From an uncultured Methanosarcinales archaeon (GTDB lineage Archaea; Halobacteriota; Methanosarcinia; Methanotrichales; Methanotrichaceae), in assembly GCA_963843555.1 (NCBI GenBank), contig CAWJKV010000003.1, positions 64,001-128,000 of the forward strand: a stretch of DNA of 64,000 bases. Reading direction: 5' to 3'. Shown here piece by piece: positions 52,701-62,014 of this stretch (the first letter of the stretch is position 1; each line of letters opens with the position of its first letter). Under the pieces are notes generated by a model. That model saw nothing but the letters and a program-made list of their open reading frames with translations. It did no database searches and was not told the DNA's origin. Both the position numbers and the translations under genes were made by a program.

Positions 52701-53852
52701 ATTGGCGAGAAGTTCTCTCAGGCAGATTATCTCAAGAAGAACACTACAGCTAAAGGCCTTGACGAGATGGATACCGAGGCAGAGTTCTCAGGACGTGCTC
52801 AGTTCAAATCGCAATATGTCAAGTCAAAGGATCAGACCAGAGATGAGCTCAGCCTCTATGATGAATATGTTGGAAAATACAAAATAAACCGCAAGTTAAC
52901 GCTCAATGGGGCTGCAACATTCAATGAACCGCACCTTAGCATAAGTAAAGTTGGCAGCATGGATCCTGCGGGAGGCAGCTTCATCAACTACGTCCTGACT
53001 GTGGTAAATGATGGCAACCGCGCTCTAGGGCCGGTCTATGTCCTGGATCTCTTCCCACCTGGCACAGAGTATGTCTATTCCTCTTTGAGACCCTCAGAGC
53101 TCGCCTCCAACTCCGCCCAATGGACGTTGGTCAACCTGGGCATCGGATCAAGTTCTACCATCGAGCTGAAGCTCAATGCCACGGAGGATCAGGATAATCT
53201 AGTAAATCGAGTGCAAGCCCGCGGTGGCTATAACGATGAGTGGGTAAGCGCTCAGAATTATTCCGCCCTGCAGCTCAATTGGCTCTCCTGTTGTCCCCGG
53301 CAGTTGCGAGCTATCAAGACTGGCTACGTAGATGCCAATGACAGCACGCTGGTGCATTATAGAATTGCACTCAAGAACCGGGAGAGTTACATCATGGCGG
53401 CCACCATCAACGATGACTTGCCAGGTGGAATGAAGTTCATCAACTCCACAATGCAGCCGTCGGACTGCAGCTCCGGCCATGTGAGATGGAATGCCATAGA
53501 CCTGAAACCTAATGAGGTCAAAGTCATCGATTACTTGGCCAGAGCTCTTCAAAACGGTGTGTTCGTGAACCAGGCCCAGATAGAGACCACATCGTTCAAT
53601 GGATCTGATAGTGCATTTGCGGATGTCTCCTGTCAGGTGCAGATCAGGAGCAGCTCCAACTCTGGATCGGATTCGAACTGGAAGCCTCCTGCATGCTTTG
53701 GCCTCAACTGCACCCAGCAGGAATTTGAGAAGGACTGGAACGCTTGCGTAAGCTGCGCCGCTCAGGAACCAGAGACAGTACCCCAGGCGGGTCAGACCTG
53801 TCCAGCCTGCTCAGGAGGGAGCGGAGACGACGAAGGATATGATATTCCTTGA
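49752..53852 (+). CDS. Large cell-surface protein with multiple DUF11/Ig-like repeats and a Cys-rich tail
   Basis: Repeated PG..L.YTI.Y.N.G...A.NV.I.D.LP.G..F motifs, hydrophobic signal-like segment near the N-terminus, C-terminal CxxxxC/CxxC/CxxC. Confidence 0.85.
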   Translation: MMILLSKTLAGIYRSRYYYKSAPKWISAKGQGGLSKWGKHVSSWIQAFMVLSVLFALAEASGHDTDLYTIQIDLPAEIIHDVMIIDTLPSGLVYSAGSLKVTGAATNMSETIAYPNDGSQPVTITWSFGDLDNSADEDILIQFQVLVADTDQNRDGMILAPSVALLQWRDQEGFAQSSSTKSTAVRIIEPDLQIKQRFMPPSAKIGETVTCTISLCHIPSSHSDAFDAEVVENLPQGLIYTPGSMEIVAGPKGRCDDSNSQELRWHFDKIDMSWAKTTEIQLRYKATVDKGAKQGSTLNGTADLSWASSVGIYPEKRTYFETASGSITIASTPPAFVITVADYPNPIRPGDELTYAINYKNIGGYAQGAAIQATYDPKVAFVSAVPAPDQGSDSQWTLGDLMNGASGTIEVKLGTGSSLADGTLLTSSARIADQDGVSAQDTAITRVMTTAPNLQIEKAASDRFIRPGGALNYTITYGNSGNTEAENVTITDLVDGNLDFDPADATPRASKIWRDAEGTHLWWNASILKSERLSPGGSGKIDIRVGLPPVPEHPRFDWVYNNYKIDSDLSEGKFKMLETAVIHSLYVRKMAEAQAYFANEMVNYTIIYGNDLALDADRAVVMDVLPDPEFMEFIEANPQPTAIKNNVLVWALGTIPPKSSGTIKVYLRIKENHSDIRFRSTQSVSGQGYVHFDQRLDTAQKPNSLTNFANITASYMGMPESDESSATIMLADALGTAVSIVGHGSGTYSRDEESQLYSKDKTIQMKTSLKERYRASTFSLPRGRSINYDSKWSEVQSAENRVTGASMIERYTYASRIDRNSTLSLDKNGSILASDTSFEGAGHVGLTKRSNANLPYSFQGAFTYESQEDYLGSFKVSTKFDEYGKNAKSSRSASGVGYAASDKRIGTSQRSYESGTGNYQVEDRIETQTNYLAKYINASYGSLKYNYTQDFRVPLSQKWSEGMWSRSGTLPVKDSNSSEPASFIGEKFSQADYLKKNTTAKGLDEMDTEAEFSGRAQFKSQYVKSKDQTRDELSLYDEYVGKYKINRKLTLNGAATFNEPHLSISKVGSMDPAGGSFINYVLTVVNDGNRALGPVYVLDLFPPGTEYVYSSLRPSELASNSAQWTLVNLGIGSSSTIELKLNATEDQDNLVNRVQARGGYNDEWVSAQNYSALQLNWLSCCPRQLRAIKTGYVDANDSTLVHYRIALKNRESYIMAATINDDLPGGMKFINSTMQPSDCSSGHVRWNAIDLKPNEVKVIDYLARALQNGVFVNQAQIETTSFNGSDSAFADVSCQVQIRSSSNSGSDSNWKPPACFGLNCTQQEFEKDWNACVSCAAQEPETVPQAGQTCPACSGGSGDDEGYDIP

Positions 53853-53872
53853 ATTGAATAGAACGGAAGTCA

Positions 53873-53901
53873 CTGGCGGCAACGGCCCCGGGAGATGGAG
53901 A
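53873..53901 (+). repeat. Short, internally deleted copy R5 of the truA-tail repeat
   Basis: CTGGCGGCAACGG (13 nt) and CCGGGAGATGGAGA (14 nt) both match R4 exactly and in the same order, with the middle missing. Confidence 0.65.
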
Positions 53902-54070
53902 GGAGGACGCTTGTATTAGATAGACTGCAGAACCCGGGGATTTTTTGACTGGCTGCGACTCTGGAGGCTCTTCTTGCTTACTCCCTATATTCAATAAAGA
54001 CTTATATCTACGAGAATCCAAAAGTACAAGGGTCTATTGCCTGTAAGCTCTCTAATAACGGGACGATCTC

Positions 54071-54805
54071 ATGAAAAACGAATCCATCCGACTCATATGC
54101 CTCCTCTGTTTATTCCTGGTGATACTGGCCTCTCTGGGATGCATCCAGCCTGTAGAGCAGCCCGGGCCTATGCAGAATGAATCTCGTTACGTACCTTTGG
54201 GGGATGCCAAATCAGCGAATGCCAGAGTGGCTATGGGAGTGGGAATGCTCACCCTGGAAGGCGGGGCCAAGAACTTGATGGATGCAAACTTCATCTACAA
54301 CATAGCTTCCTGGAAGCCTGATGTCAGCTATTTTGTCTCCAATGGGGTGGGAGATCTGCAGGTTCATCAGCCATCTGGCACAGGAGCATATCTAAATGGT
54401 GTTGTTCGCAATGATTGGAATCTCCGGCTCAACGATGAAGTTCCCACAAACCTCATCCTGGAACTAGGGGCAGGAGACGGCGCCCTGCGTTTTGGAGGAC
54501 TCTCTTTGACAGGACTCGACGTGAAGTCGGGAGCTGGCACGCTAGCAATGGACTTCGACGGAATCTGGAAGAATGATCTCAACATAAGTATAGAGTCTGG
54601 AGTTGGCGAACTGACCATCGTGCTGCCCCAGAATACCGGAGCCATAGTTGAAGTCAGCCAGGGAATAGGCACTACTGAGGTGGGCAGCGGCCTGAAGGCC
54701 AATGGCGACTATTATAGCAATGACGCCTATGGAAAAACCGGCACGACACTGAGGATCAAAGTTACGTCTGGAGTGGGCAACACCAAACTCAGCCTTGCGT
54801 CTTGA
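54071..54805 (+). CDS. Putative lipoprotein with beta-solenoid repeats (toast-rack/DUF2154-like)
   Basis: Lipobox-like ASLGC and repeated G(V/A)G.L.L units. Confidence 0.7.
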   Translation: MKNESIRLICLLCLFLVILASLGCIQPVEQPGPMQNESRYVPLGDAKSANARVAMGVGMLTLEGGAKNLMDANFIYNIASWKPDVSYFVSNGVGDLQVHQPSGTGAYLNGVVRNDWNLRLNDEVPTNLILELGAGDGALRFGGLSLTGLDVKSGAGTLAMDFDGIWKNDLNISIESGVGELTIVLPQNTGAIVEVSQGIGTTEVGSGLKANGDYYSNDAYGKTGTTLRIKVTSGVGNTKLSLAS

Positions 54806-54962
54806 AAGGTGTGGCCGCCCCACTCTGCCAGGCAGCTCAAGGCTGGCAGGGCTATGAATAAGTGGACCGGTGTTCAGGATCGACCATCCGTTCTTATTCG
54901 CAGAGATGGAACATGCAAATGCCGCTTTCTGCTATCTTTCCAAATCCGACTCAGGCTTTATG

Positions 54963-55828
54963 TTATCGCTCCCTTGCGTCCTCATCAATCCTGAACGCAG
55001 GCGGCTGCTTTCCGTCGATATCGGTAAAGCCGTACTCCCGCGCCAGATCGCCCACTGCCATCACCTCGCCGGATTTCTGCATCACCTGCGGGTCCCCAGC
55101 CAGATGGGCCACTGCTCGGCCTACATACTCAGGTGACTCAGTGCGGTCCAGCGGGAAAGGCTGCAGGGCATGCGCTGCCATCACGCGCTCTGTACGCACG
55201 AATCCCGGTGCCAGCGAAAGAGCTGCCACGCCATGCGGCCGCAGCTCCTCTGCCATGCCATAGGACATGCGAATGATGGCCGCTTTGGCCACGTCATAAA
55301 AGAGGTTGCCCAGGTACTTGCCCCTGTCCCAGGCCACGGTGTTGATGATCAGACCCCGGCGCTGCTGCAGCATGAGCGGCGCAGCGTAGCGGCTGGCCAC
55401 CAGGTGCGCCCGCAGGCCCGCCTCGAACATGCCTTGCCAGTGCCGGAGCGGCTGATCCCAAAAAGGCGCCGTGAAGCCCTCAAACTCGTATTGCTCATAT
55501 CCGCCCCAGACGTTGTTGACCAGCAGATCAAGCCGGCACTGTTCCTCTTGCACGCGCTGAAAAAGAGCCTGGACATCATTGTCCACTGTATGGTCGCAGC
55601 GAACAGCGATGCCTACCCCGCCCCGCATTGTCACTGCCTCTGCCGTCTCGTCGATGCTGCCCGGCAGGTTTTCGGTCCTGCTGCTCCTCTGGCTCCGACC
55701 AGTTACGTAAACCGTGCTCCCTGCTTCCCCCAAAACGATGGCGATGCCCCGTCCTATGCCGCGGCTGGCGCCGGTGACAACGGCAACCTTGCCTTCCAAA
55801 TTGGGTGCTCTAAAACGTCTGATGTCAT
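54963..55828 (-). CDS. Short-chain dehydrogenase/reductase (DHRS1-like)
   Basis: TGASRGIG, LLVNNV and YDVAK. The start is probably ATG 55828 with a 1-nt indel. Confidence 0.9.
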
Positions 55829-55860
55829 CACCAGTGATGCTGTTTTCAGAATAATTATAA

Positions 55861-56856
55861 TTAACGCACAAATGACTCAATGAGATCCAGTGATGTCGTC
55901 TCCATGCCGCACTGCTGCAGGTGATGTGCCAGCAGGCTCGACCTCTCTCCCTCCGGATGGTAGACCAGAATCTCCTGGGGCGATATATGCTCGATCATCT
56001 TCATCAGGCCGCGAAAGTCCAGGTGGTCGCTGAGCTGAATGGTTGGGTATGACGTGTCCCTCCGCCCGGTCAGGAAATACTTGTTTCTTCCCGGCACCTG
56101 TGATAGGTTCCAGGGCGTGACCACATTGTATCCGTCTCCATTGACCTCCGTCAGCGGCCCGGCCAATTCCTTCATCAGTTCACGGGTCAGGATCAGGCTC
56201 TTCTCGTCCATGCCTATCTCACCTTTGTAGCCCATAGCCCTCATCAGAGCCACAGCCCTCTGGGCTTTGCCAAAGGCATAGGCACCGAAGCTTGCCCCTG
56301 ACTCCAGTGCCTCGTAGAAGCCCGCCAGGTCATCCTCGAAGATGCAGGATGGATCATAAGGGTCTCCGTAGTTGGCTTCCGAAACCAGGTAATCGCAGCG
56401 GGGAAGTTGATGATAGTCTTTTACATCCCCGGTTACAAGCACACGCTGTCCAGTCTCCGTCTGCCAGGAGAAAGCAGACGATCCGATGGTGTGGCCCGTG
56501 GGGTGGGTGTCGACTTTGACATCGCCTACCATAAAGCTCTCTCCCACGGAAAAGGTGCGGCCTTTGTACTCCCGATCGTAGCGAATCTCCAGAGCGCGAG
56601 CGGTCTCAATGGAGGCCACAGCTTTGGCCGAATTCATGGCCGACTTGCCGTAATGATCGCTATGGGCATGGGTGATGAGGTAGGCATCGGGTTGAATGCT
56701 GGCCTTGGGAGCGCGGCTGGTGTCGATGGAAAAGAGATACGAATCGAAGCGGATGCAGAGATGAGGAGCGCAGCCTCCACGGCCATTGATCCTTCTCACC
56801 GCCTCCAGATCACAATCCATCCCCATCCTGATCCGACCCCCCCTGATGATCCTCAC
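55861..56856 (-). CDS. Metallo-beta-lactamase fold protein (beta-CASP-like nuclease)
   Basis: THAHSDH, GHTIGS, TGD, EANYG, GKAQR and LSDHLDF motifs. Confidence 0.85.
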   Translation of the reverse strand: MRIIRGGRIRMGMDCDLEAVRRINGRGGCAPHLCIRFDSYLFSIDTSRAPKASIQPDAYLITHAHSDHYGKSAMNSAKAVASIETARALEIRYDREYKGRTFSVGESFMVGDVKVDTHPTGHTIGSSAFSWQTETGQRVLVTGDVKDYHQLPRCDYLVSEANYGDPYDPSCIFEDDLAGFYEALESGASFGAYAFGKAQRAVALMRAMGYKGEIGMDEKSLILTRELMKELAGPLTEVNGDGYNVVTPWNLSQVPGRNKYFLTGRRDTSYPTIQLSDHLDFRGLMKMIEHISPQEILVYHPEGERSSLLAHHLQQCGMETTSLDLIESFVR

Positions 56857-57125
56857 TTTAGAGCTTCATTGATGGCAAGAGTCAGCTCTTCCTTGCTGGT
56901 GACGCCCGCCCACTTCTTCACTTCCACGCCATCCTTTTCCAGAATGATGGTGGGAACGACGAAAATACCCTTCTCTATGGCCAGATCGCCTTCTTTGTCG
57001 ACGTTGATCTTCTTGAACTCCACCTTATCCTTAAACTCGTTCGCCAGATCCTCAAAGACGGGTCCCTGCATCTTGCAAGGTCCGCACCAGTCCGCATAAA
57101 AGTCCATCAGAATGGGTTTTGCCAT
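56853..57125 (-). CDS. trxA: Thioredoxin
   Basis: DFYADWCGPCK motif. Confidence 0.95.
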   Translation of the reverse strand: MAKPILMDFYADWCGPCKMQGPVFEDLANEFKDKVEFKKINVDKEGDLAIEKGIFVVPTIILEKDGVEVKKWAGVTSKEELTLAINEALK

Positions 57126-57189
57126 AATTCTCTCTCCTCACAAACTATTCGGGCAAGAGCCCGGTTTAAAGAACGCCCTTCCTAGTATA

Positions 57190-57639
57190 TCAAATTATAT
57201 CGAATTTGACACCGATCTTGAATATCCTGCCTGTAGGCAGAACCAGCATCTCTCGTCCCGTTCGTATTTTGATCTCCTGCAGTATTTCCTGGATCCTCTC
57301 TTCACTTGCTGAGACTGTAAACCACAGATTGTAGCCGCTCGCATTCGGTCGCAGATAATCATGCGATACTTCCTTATACTCGTTAACTACCCTGGCCGCG
57401 CCATCGGCTTCTTCCGGGGAGATTCGCAGAGCCGCAAGAATTCCGCTCCTTCCTAATTTGCGCAGATCGAGAATGGGCCCAATCCTTCTCACCAGGCCCT
57501 CCTTCTGCAGCCCTGCCAGTCGCTCAATGACTTCTTTTTCGTCCAGGCAGAGGGCCTTTCCCAGATCCTGGAATGGTCTGGAGGTCAGCGGAAAGCTGTC
57601 TTGAACCAGCGCCAGCAGCTTGAGATCTATCTCGTCCAT
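57190..57639 (-). CDS. ahbA: Siroheme decarboxylase subunit (AhbA, NirD/G-like Lrp/AsnC fold)
   Basis: QDSFPLTSRPF, VRRIGP, VSHDYLR and YNLWFT. Directly follows a radical SAM heme gene. Confidence 0.85.
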   Translation of the reverse strand: MDEIDLKLLALVQDSFPLTSRPFQDLGKALCLDEKEVIERLAGLQKEGLVRRIGPILDLRKLGRSGILAALRISPEEADGAARVVNEYKEVSHDYLRPNASGYNLWFTVSASEERIQEILQEIKIRTGREMLVLPTGRIFKIGVKFDII

Positions 57640-57641
57640 GG

Positions 57642-58604
57642 TTATGCCTCCAGGAGGCAAGACGGGTCGGGTCCCAGATAATCCCCCGTCTTTGCATAGG
57701 CTCGGGCCCGGCAACCTCCGCAGCTCTTGGAAAAACTGCATCTTCCGCACTTTCCTTTGAGGTTTCGCTCTCGAAGCGCCTGAAGCTCTGCAGAATTCTC
57801 CCATATGTCGATAAAATTATTCTCCCTGATGTTCCCTACTCGGAGTGGAAAATAGCCGCATGGATAGACATCTCCTTTCCGTGAGACGAAGACGAAGCTC
57901 TTGCCCGCCAGACAGCCTCCCTTGCGTCTATCCTTTCCCTGTCGGGCCAGGCGGGCGTACTGGGGTGCGCAGGTGACCTGTACCTCCATCCCTCGCAATC
58001 GCTCCTGGTCGATCTGTATGAGAATTTCCTCCTGTCTCTCGGGAGTGATCAGATCCACCTCCTGGCCACGGCCAGTCGGGACCAGGAAGAAGAAATGAAG
58101 TGCCTTGGCGCCTACCTTTTCGGCGAGGTCGAAGATATTCGAGACCTCTGACTCATTCTTCTTGGTGATGGTGAAATTGATCTGAAAATCAACTTTGCCG
58201 CGCAGATTTTCCACTCCATTCAAGGCCGCCCGGAAGCTTCCGGGACCGCGGCTCAGGTCATGCTTTTCGGCTGAGGCGCCATCCAGGCTGATGCTGACCC
58301 GGGTGACGCCGGAGGCGGCTATCTCATCTGCAACCTCCGGTGTTATCCGGGTGCCATTGCTGGCCAGGGAGACGCGCATGCCCGATGATACAGCATGCCG
58401 GATAATTTGAAAAATATCCGGCCGCAGCAGGGGCTCACCACCGCTGAGGATGAGCATGGGCTGCAGGGGCGCAATGCTGTCGAGGAATGCCAGCGCTTCC
58501 TCTGTGTTCAATTCGTCCGGCTCTGGCGCAGGCGTTGCACAGGCACGGCAGTATCGGCATGATAGATTGCAGGCAGCCGTCGTCTCCCAGGCGACAATGA
58601 GCAT
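57642..58604 (-). CDS. ahbD: Radical SAM/SPASM protein, AdoMet-dependent heme synthase-like
   Basis: AWETTAACNLSCRYCRA, FFLVPTGRG, TCAPQY, GCLAG and CGRC...CGGCRARA. Confidence 0.8.
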   Translation of the reverse strand: MLIVAWETTAACNLSCRYCRACATPAPEPDELNTEEALAFLDSIAPLQPMLILSGGEPLLRPDIFQIIRHAVSSGMRVSLASNGTRITPEVADEIAASGVTRVSISLDGASAEKHDLSRGPGSFRAALNGVENLRGKVDFQINFTITKKNESEVSNIFDLAEKVGAKALHFFFLVPTGRGQEVDLITPERQEEILIQIDQERLRGMEVQVTCAPQYARLARQGKDRRKGGCLAGKSFVFVSRKGDVYPCGYFPLRVGNIRENNFIDIWENSAELQALRERNLKGKCGRCSFSKSCGGCRARAYAKTGDYLGPDPSCLLEA

Positions 58605-59632
58605 TAAAGCAGGCCTTTCTTCACCAGCAGCTCGGCATTGAGAATGCTCGCTCCTGCTGCGCCGCGCACGGTGTTATGGCCCATGCAGATGAACCTTATT
58701 CCGGACCTGATTCTTCCTACAGATACGGACATGCCATTGCCACGGCCGCGGTCCAACCTGGGTTGGGGTCGATCTGGCTCATCCTTGACGATGAGTGCCT
58801 TCTTGGGCGAGGTGGGCAGATCGCCGAGGCCCGGGTCGAAGTTCAGCATGGCCTTCCTGACCTCTTCTGGGGTGGGGTTGTCCCTCATGGTCACCCATAC
58901 GGCCTCAGTGTGGCCGTCCATGACCGGCACCCTGTGGCAGCTCGCGCTCACGGCAAAATCTGCGTTCACTATTCTTTCGCCGTCGAAGTGGCCGAGGATC
59001 TTCTGGGGCTCGGTCTCCACCTTCTCTTCTTCGCCACCTATGTAGGGAATAACATTTCCCAAGATCGCCATGGAAGGCACTCCTTCGTATCCGGCTCCGC
59101 TCACTGCCTGCATAGATGCCACATGTACGCTCTCTATTCCGAACTTCATGAGCGGCTTCAGGGGCAGGGTGAACATTACAGTTGTGCAGTTGGGATTGGT
59201 GGTGAGATATCCTTCCCAGCCCCTCTTCTCTCGCTGCACCTTTATGAGATCCAGGTGCTCGTAGTTGCATTCCGGTATGAGGAGGGGCACGTCTTCAACC
59301 ATACGGTAAGAGCTGGTATTGCTGGCTACGGCAAATCCCGCTGCCGCGAAGGCAGGCTCGACGGTCATGGCATCTGACGCCGGAAGTGCCGAGAAGACGA
59401 TATCAGCGTCGACCTCCCTTGGATCGACATTGACCACAGTCATCTCTCCGATATCCTCCGGAAGCTCGCTCTCCAGGCGCCACTTGGCAGCTACACTGTA
59501 CTTCTTGCCTGCGCTCCTCTCCGATGCAGCCAGGCTGGTGAGCTCAAACCAGGGATGATCCTTCAGTCCTTCAATGAAACGCTGTCCTACGGCACCGGTG
59601 GCACCTAAGACGCCTGCTTTGATCTTGGCCAT
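58604..59632 (-). CDS. asd: Aspartate-semialdehyde dehydrogenase
   Basis: [32 protein letters not shown] and HNTVRGAAG motifs. Confidence 0.96.
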   Translation of the reverse strand: MAKIKAGVLGATGAVGQRFIEGLKDHPWFELTSLAASERSAGKKYSVAAKWRLESELPEDIGEMTVVNVDPREVDADIVFSALPASDAMTVEPAFAAAGFAVASNTSSYRMVEDVPLLIPECNYEHLDLIKVQREKRGWEGYLTTNPNCTTVMFTLPLKPLMKFGIESVHVASMQAVSGAGYEGVPSMAILGNVIPYIGGEEEKVETEPQKILGHFDGERIVNADFAVSASCHRVPVMDGHTEAVWVTMRDNPTPEEVRKAMLNFDPGLGDLPTSPKKALIVKDEPDRPQPRLDRGRGNGMSVSVGRIRSGIRFICMGHNTVRGAAGASILNAELLVKKGLL

Positions 59633-59754
59633 TAACAATCTCCTTGCTAGTTTGGGGCATAACGGCCCGGATGTATATATTTCTTGTCCGAACGAATGGA
59701 AGAATGAACTCTTAATATTTGCCTGGAAAAAAGAGATTCTGTTTAGATAATGAA

Positions 59755-60324
59755 TTAGTCTCCCGCACAGGATCTTTTCAGGATAGCGTAGCTCTTAGCA
59801 AACTCCTTATTCACGTGGACCACTTCTTCATTGAAGTGCTCGAGGCTCTCCGGAACAGGTCCCAGCGCATCGGCCTTCTCTTGCGTATCTACTAATGCGC
59901 CGTGAGGCACGAATTTGCCGTCAGCGAGCCGGACGCCTATGACCAGAGCCGCGTGGCCGACAAAGCACTTCTTGCCCAGAGTAGAGGCGTGAACCACGGA
60001 GTTGAAGCCTACAAAGCTCTCGTCTCCGATCTTCATGGGTCCGTGAATTACAGCACCGTGGGCGATGGAGATCTGCTTTCCCAGTTCAATTGCGCTGCCC
60101 ATCAAGCCGTGAAAGACGACGCCGTCCTGTATGTTGCATTCATCGCCGATGATAATGGGATGCGCCTCGTCCGCTCGCAGGGAGACGCCGGGTGCCACGT
60201 AAACCTGCTCGCCGATGCGCACGTCACCTATGAGCGAGGCTCCGTCATCCACGTAAGCCGAAGCAGGAACTATCGGTATGCATTCTGTGCTATTCCATGA
60301 GGTCTTGGGATTGGCCTTAAGCAT
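59755..60324 (-). CDS. Gamma-class carbonic anhydrase (Cam family) with no signal peptide
   Basis: [14 protein letters not shown] and [10 protein letters not shown] (three His ligands), plus hexapeptide repeats. Confidence 0.9.
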   Translation of the reverse strand: MLKANPKTSWNSTECIPIVPASAYVDDGASLIGDVRIGEQVYVAPGVSLRADEAHPIIIGDECNIQDGVVFHGLMGSAIELGKQISIAHGAVIHGPMKIGDESFVGFNSVVHASTLGKKCFVGHAALVIGVRLADGKFVPHGALVDTQEKADALGPVPESLEHFNEEVVHVNKEFAKSYAILKRSCAGD

Positions 60325-60670
60325 TTTAGCATCACCTTCTCAGGTATTCATCATTCACCTTAAAGAGCTTGCCATTAATGGTGTTTCTAGCGATTGGCAG
60401 AATCCATCGTGAAATGCATCCTGAAAATAGGGGCTCTGATTCTTGCGATATGCTTAATATTATAATCTATAATCGCGATAATTGCCGCCAAATTTAAATA
60501 TATGAGGGACGAAATTAGGCCAAAGCCATTGAATAATCTTCAAGGGTGATGGAGGGATGAGGAGTATTAATAGAGTTATCTTTATAGTTTGGGTTGGACT
60601 TATATATTATTTATATTTACCTTATGTATCGAATAAGAATGGGCAGTATCAATCTTTAAGGTGTTGACTT

Positions 60671-61987
60671 ATGGAAGATAATGTGAAGTTATTTGGCATG
60701 CCTGCTGAATCAGGACGCTGGGTCCTGGTTGTTGTTGGTATGATGATTCAGCTTTGTCTTGGTGCCATCTATGCATACGGTGCACTGAGGGGCAGTATTG
60801 AGGCTTACTTTAAAACGCTTGGTCTGACTCCAACTCCAATGGATATGACCTGGCCTTTTATCGTATTTCTGGCAGTGTTTGCAATAACCATGCCAATAGC
60901 CGGCCCGTACATCCAGAAAATGGGGCCTAAAAAGGTATGTATGGTAGGAGGAGCACTTTGCGGCCTGGGTTGGATCGCAGCCTCTTTTGCACAATCGCCT
61001 GCGGCGCTTATCCCCCTATATGGCATAATTGGGGGCCTTGGTGTCGGCATTGCATACGGTTGCCCTATTGCCGTTTCTGCGCAATGGTTCCCGGATAAGC
61101 GAGGGCTTGCCGTTGGAACAACAGTTCTGGGATTCGGTCTCTCATCAGCTGTTGTAGCATATTCTAGTAAATATATGCTGGGGAACAATACGGGTATAAT
61201 GGATATCCTGAAGATCTTTGGCATCGCATTCCTCATCATCACAGTTGTATTATCCATATTTCTGGTCTTTCCGAAAGCTGGCTGGAAGCCGGCCGGTTGG
61301 GTTCCCCCCGCGCCTAAGCCTGGGGCCGCTGCTAAAATGGATTTCATGCGCAATGAGATGACAAAGACAGGGACCTTCAAAGGCCTCTGGCTATGCTACA
61401 CCATTGGAGCTCTAGCTGGGCTTACGGCTATTGGAATTGCTGGGGCAGTGGGAACGGAGGTATTCACGCCAATCAAGGCTGCGGAACTTGGCCTGCCCGT
61501 AACCGATCCTGCAGTTGCACTTGCAGTGAAAAATTTGATCTTCCTTCTGATAGTCCCATTTGCCCTGGTTAATGGCTTAGCCAGGCCTGTCTTTGGATCG
61601 CTGACGGATAAGCTGGGCACAAAAAATACAGCAATTCTATCGTTCGGGCTCATCTTCGTGGCATGCATGCTGATGTATATGTTTTATACCTCTGGGAACG
61701 CATACATATTAGCATTTGCCATTCTCTGGGCATGCCTGGGTGGCTGGCTGGCCATTGCGCCCACAGCTACGGCAAGCTACTTCGGTCTGAAGGACAATGC
61801 TAAAAACTACGGCCTCGTCTTCACAGCCTACGGCGCAGGTGCCGTTATCGGAGGAATAGTCTCGGCTCAGGCCAAGATGCTCTTGGGCGGCTACCAGCCA
61901 TTCTTCCTGATTGTGGCCGTGCTGGCACTGATTGGCGTAGCTGTTGCCTTTATGCTGATGAAGCCGCCTGTCAAGAAGACAGCATAG
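60671..61987 (+). CDS. MFS transporter, oxalate:formate antiporter / monocarboxylate-type
   Basis: LCLGAIYA, GLGVGIAY.CP, WFPDKRGLA.G, NGLARP.FG.LTDK and NYGLVFTAYG; 12 TM segments. Confidence 0.9.
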   Translation: MEDNVKLFGMPAESGRWVLVVVGMMIQLCLGAIYAYGALRGSIEAYFKTLGLTPTPMDMTWPFIVFLAVFAITMPIAGPYIQKMGPKKVCMVGGALCGLGWIAASFAQSPAALIPLYGIIGGLGVGIAYGCPIAVSAQWFPDKRGLAVGTTVLGFGLSSAVVAYSSKYMLGNNTGIMDILKIFGIAFLIITVVLSIFLVFPKAGWKPAGWVPPAPKPGAAAKMDFMRNEMTKTGTFKGLWLCYTIGALAGLTAIGIAGAVGTEVFTPIKAAELGLPVTDPAVALAVKNLIFLLIVPFALVNGLARPVFGSLTDKLGTKNTAILSFGLIFVACMLMYMFYTSGNAYILAFAILWACLGGWLAIAPTATASYFGLKDNAKNYGLVFTAYGAGAVIGGIVSAQAKMLLGGYQPFFLIVAVLALIGVAVAFMLMKPPVKKTA

Positions 61988-62014
61988 CTTAAAAAATCTT
62001 TTTCTATTTTTTCT

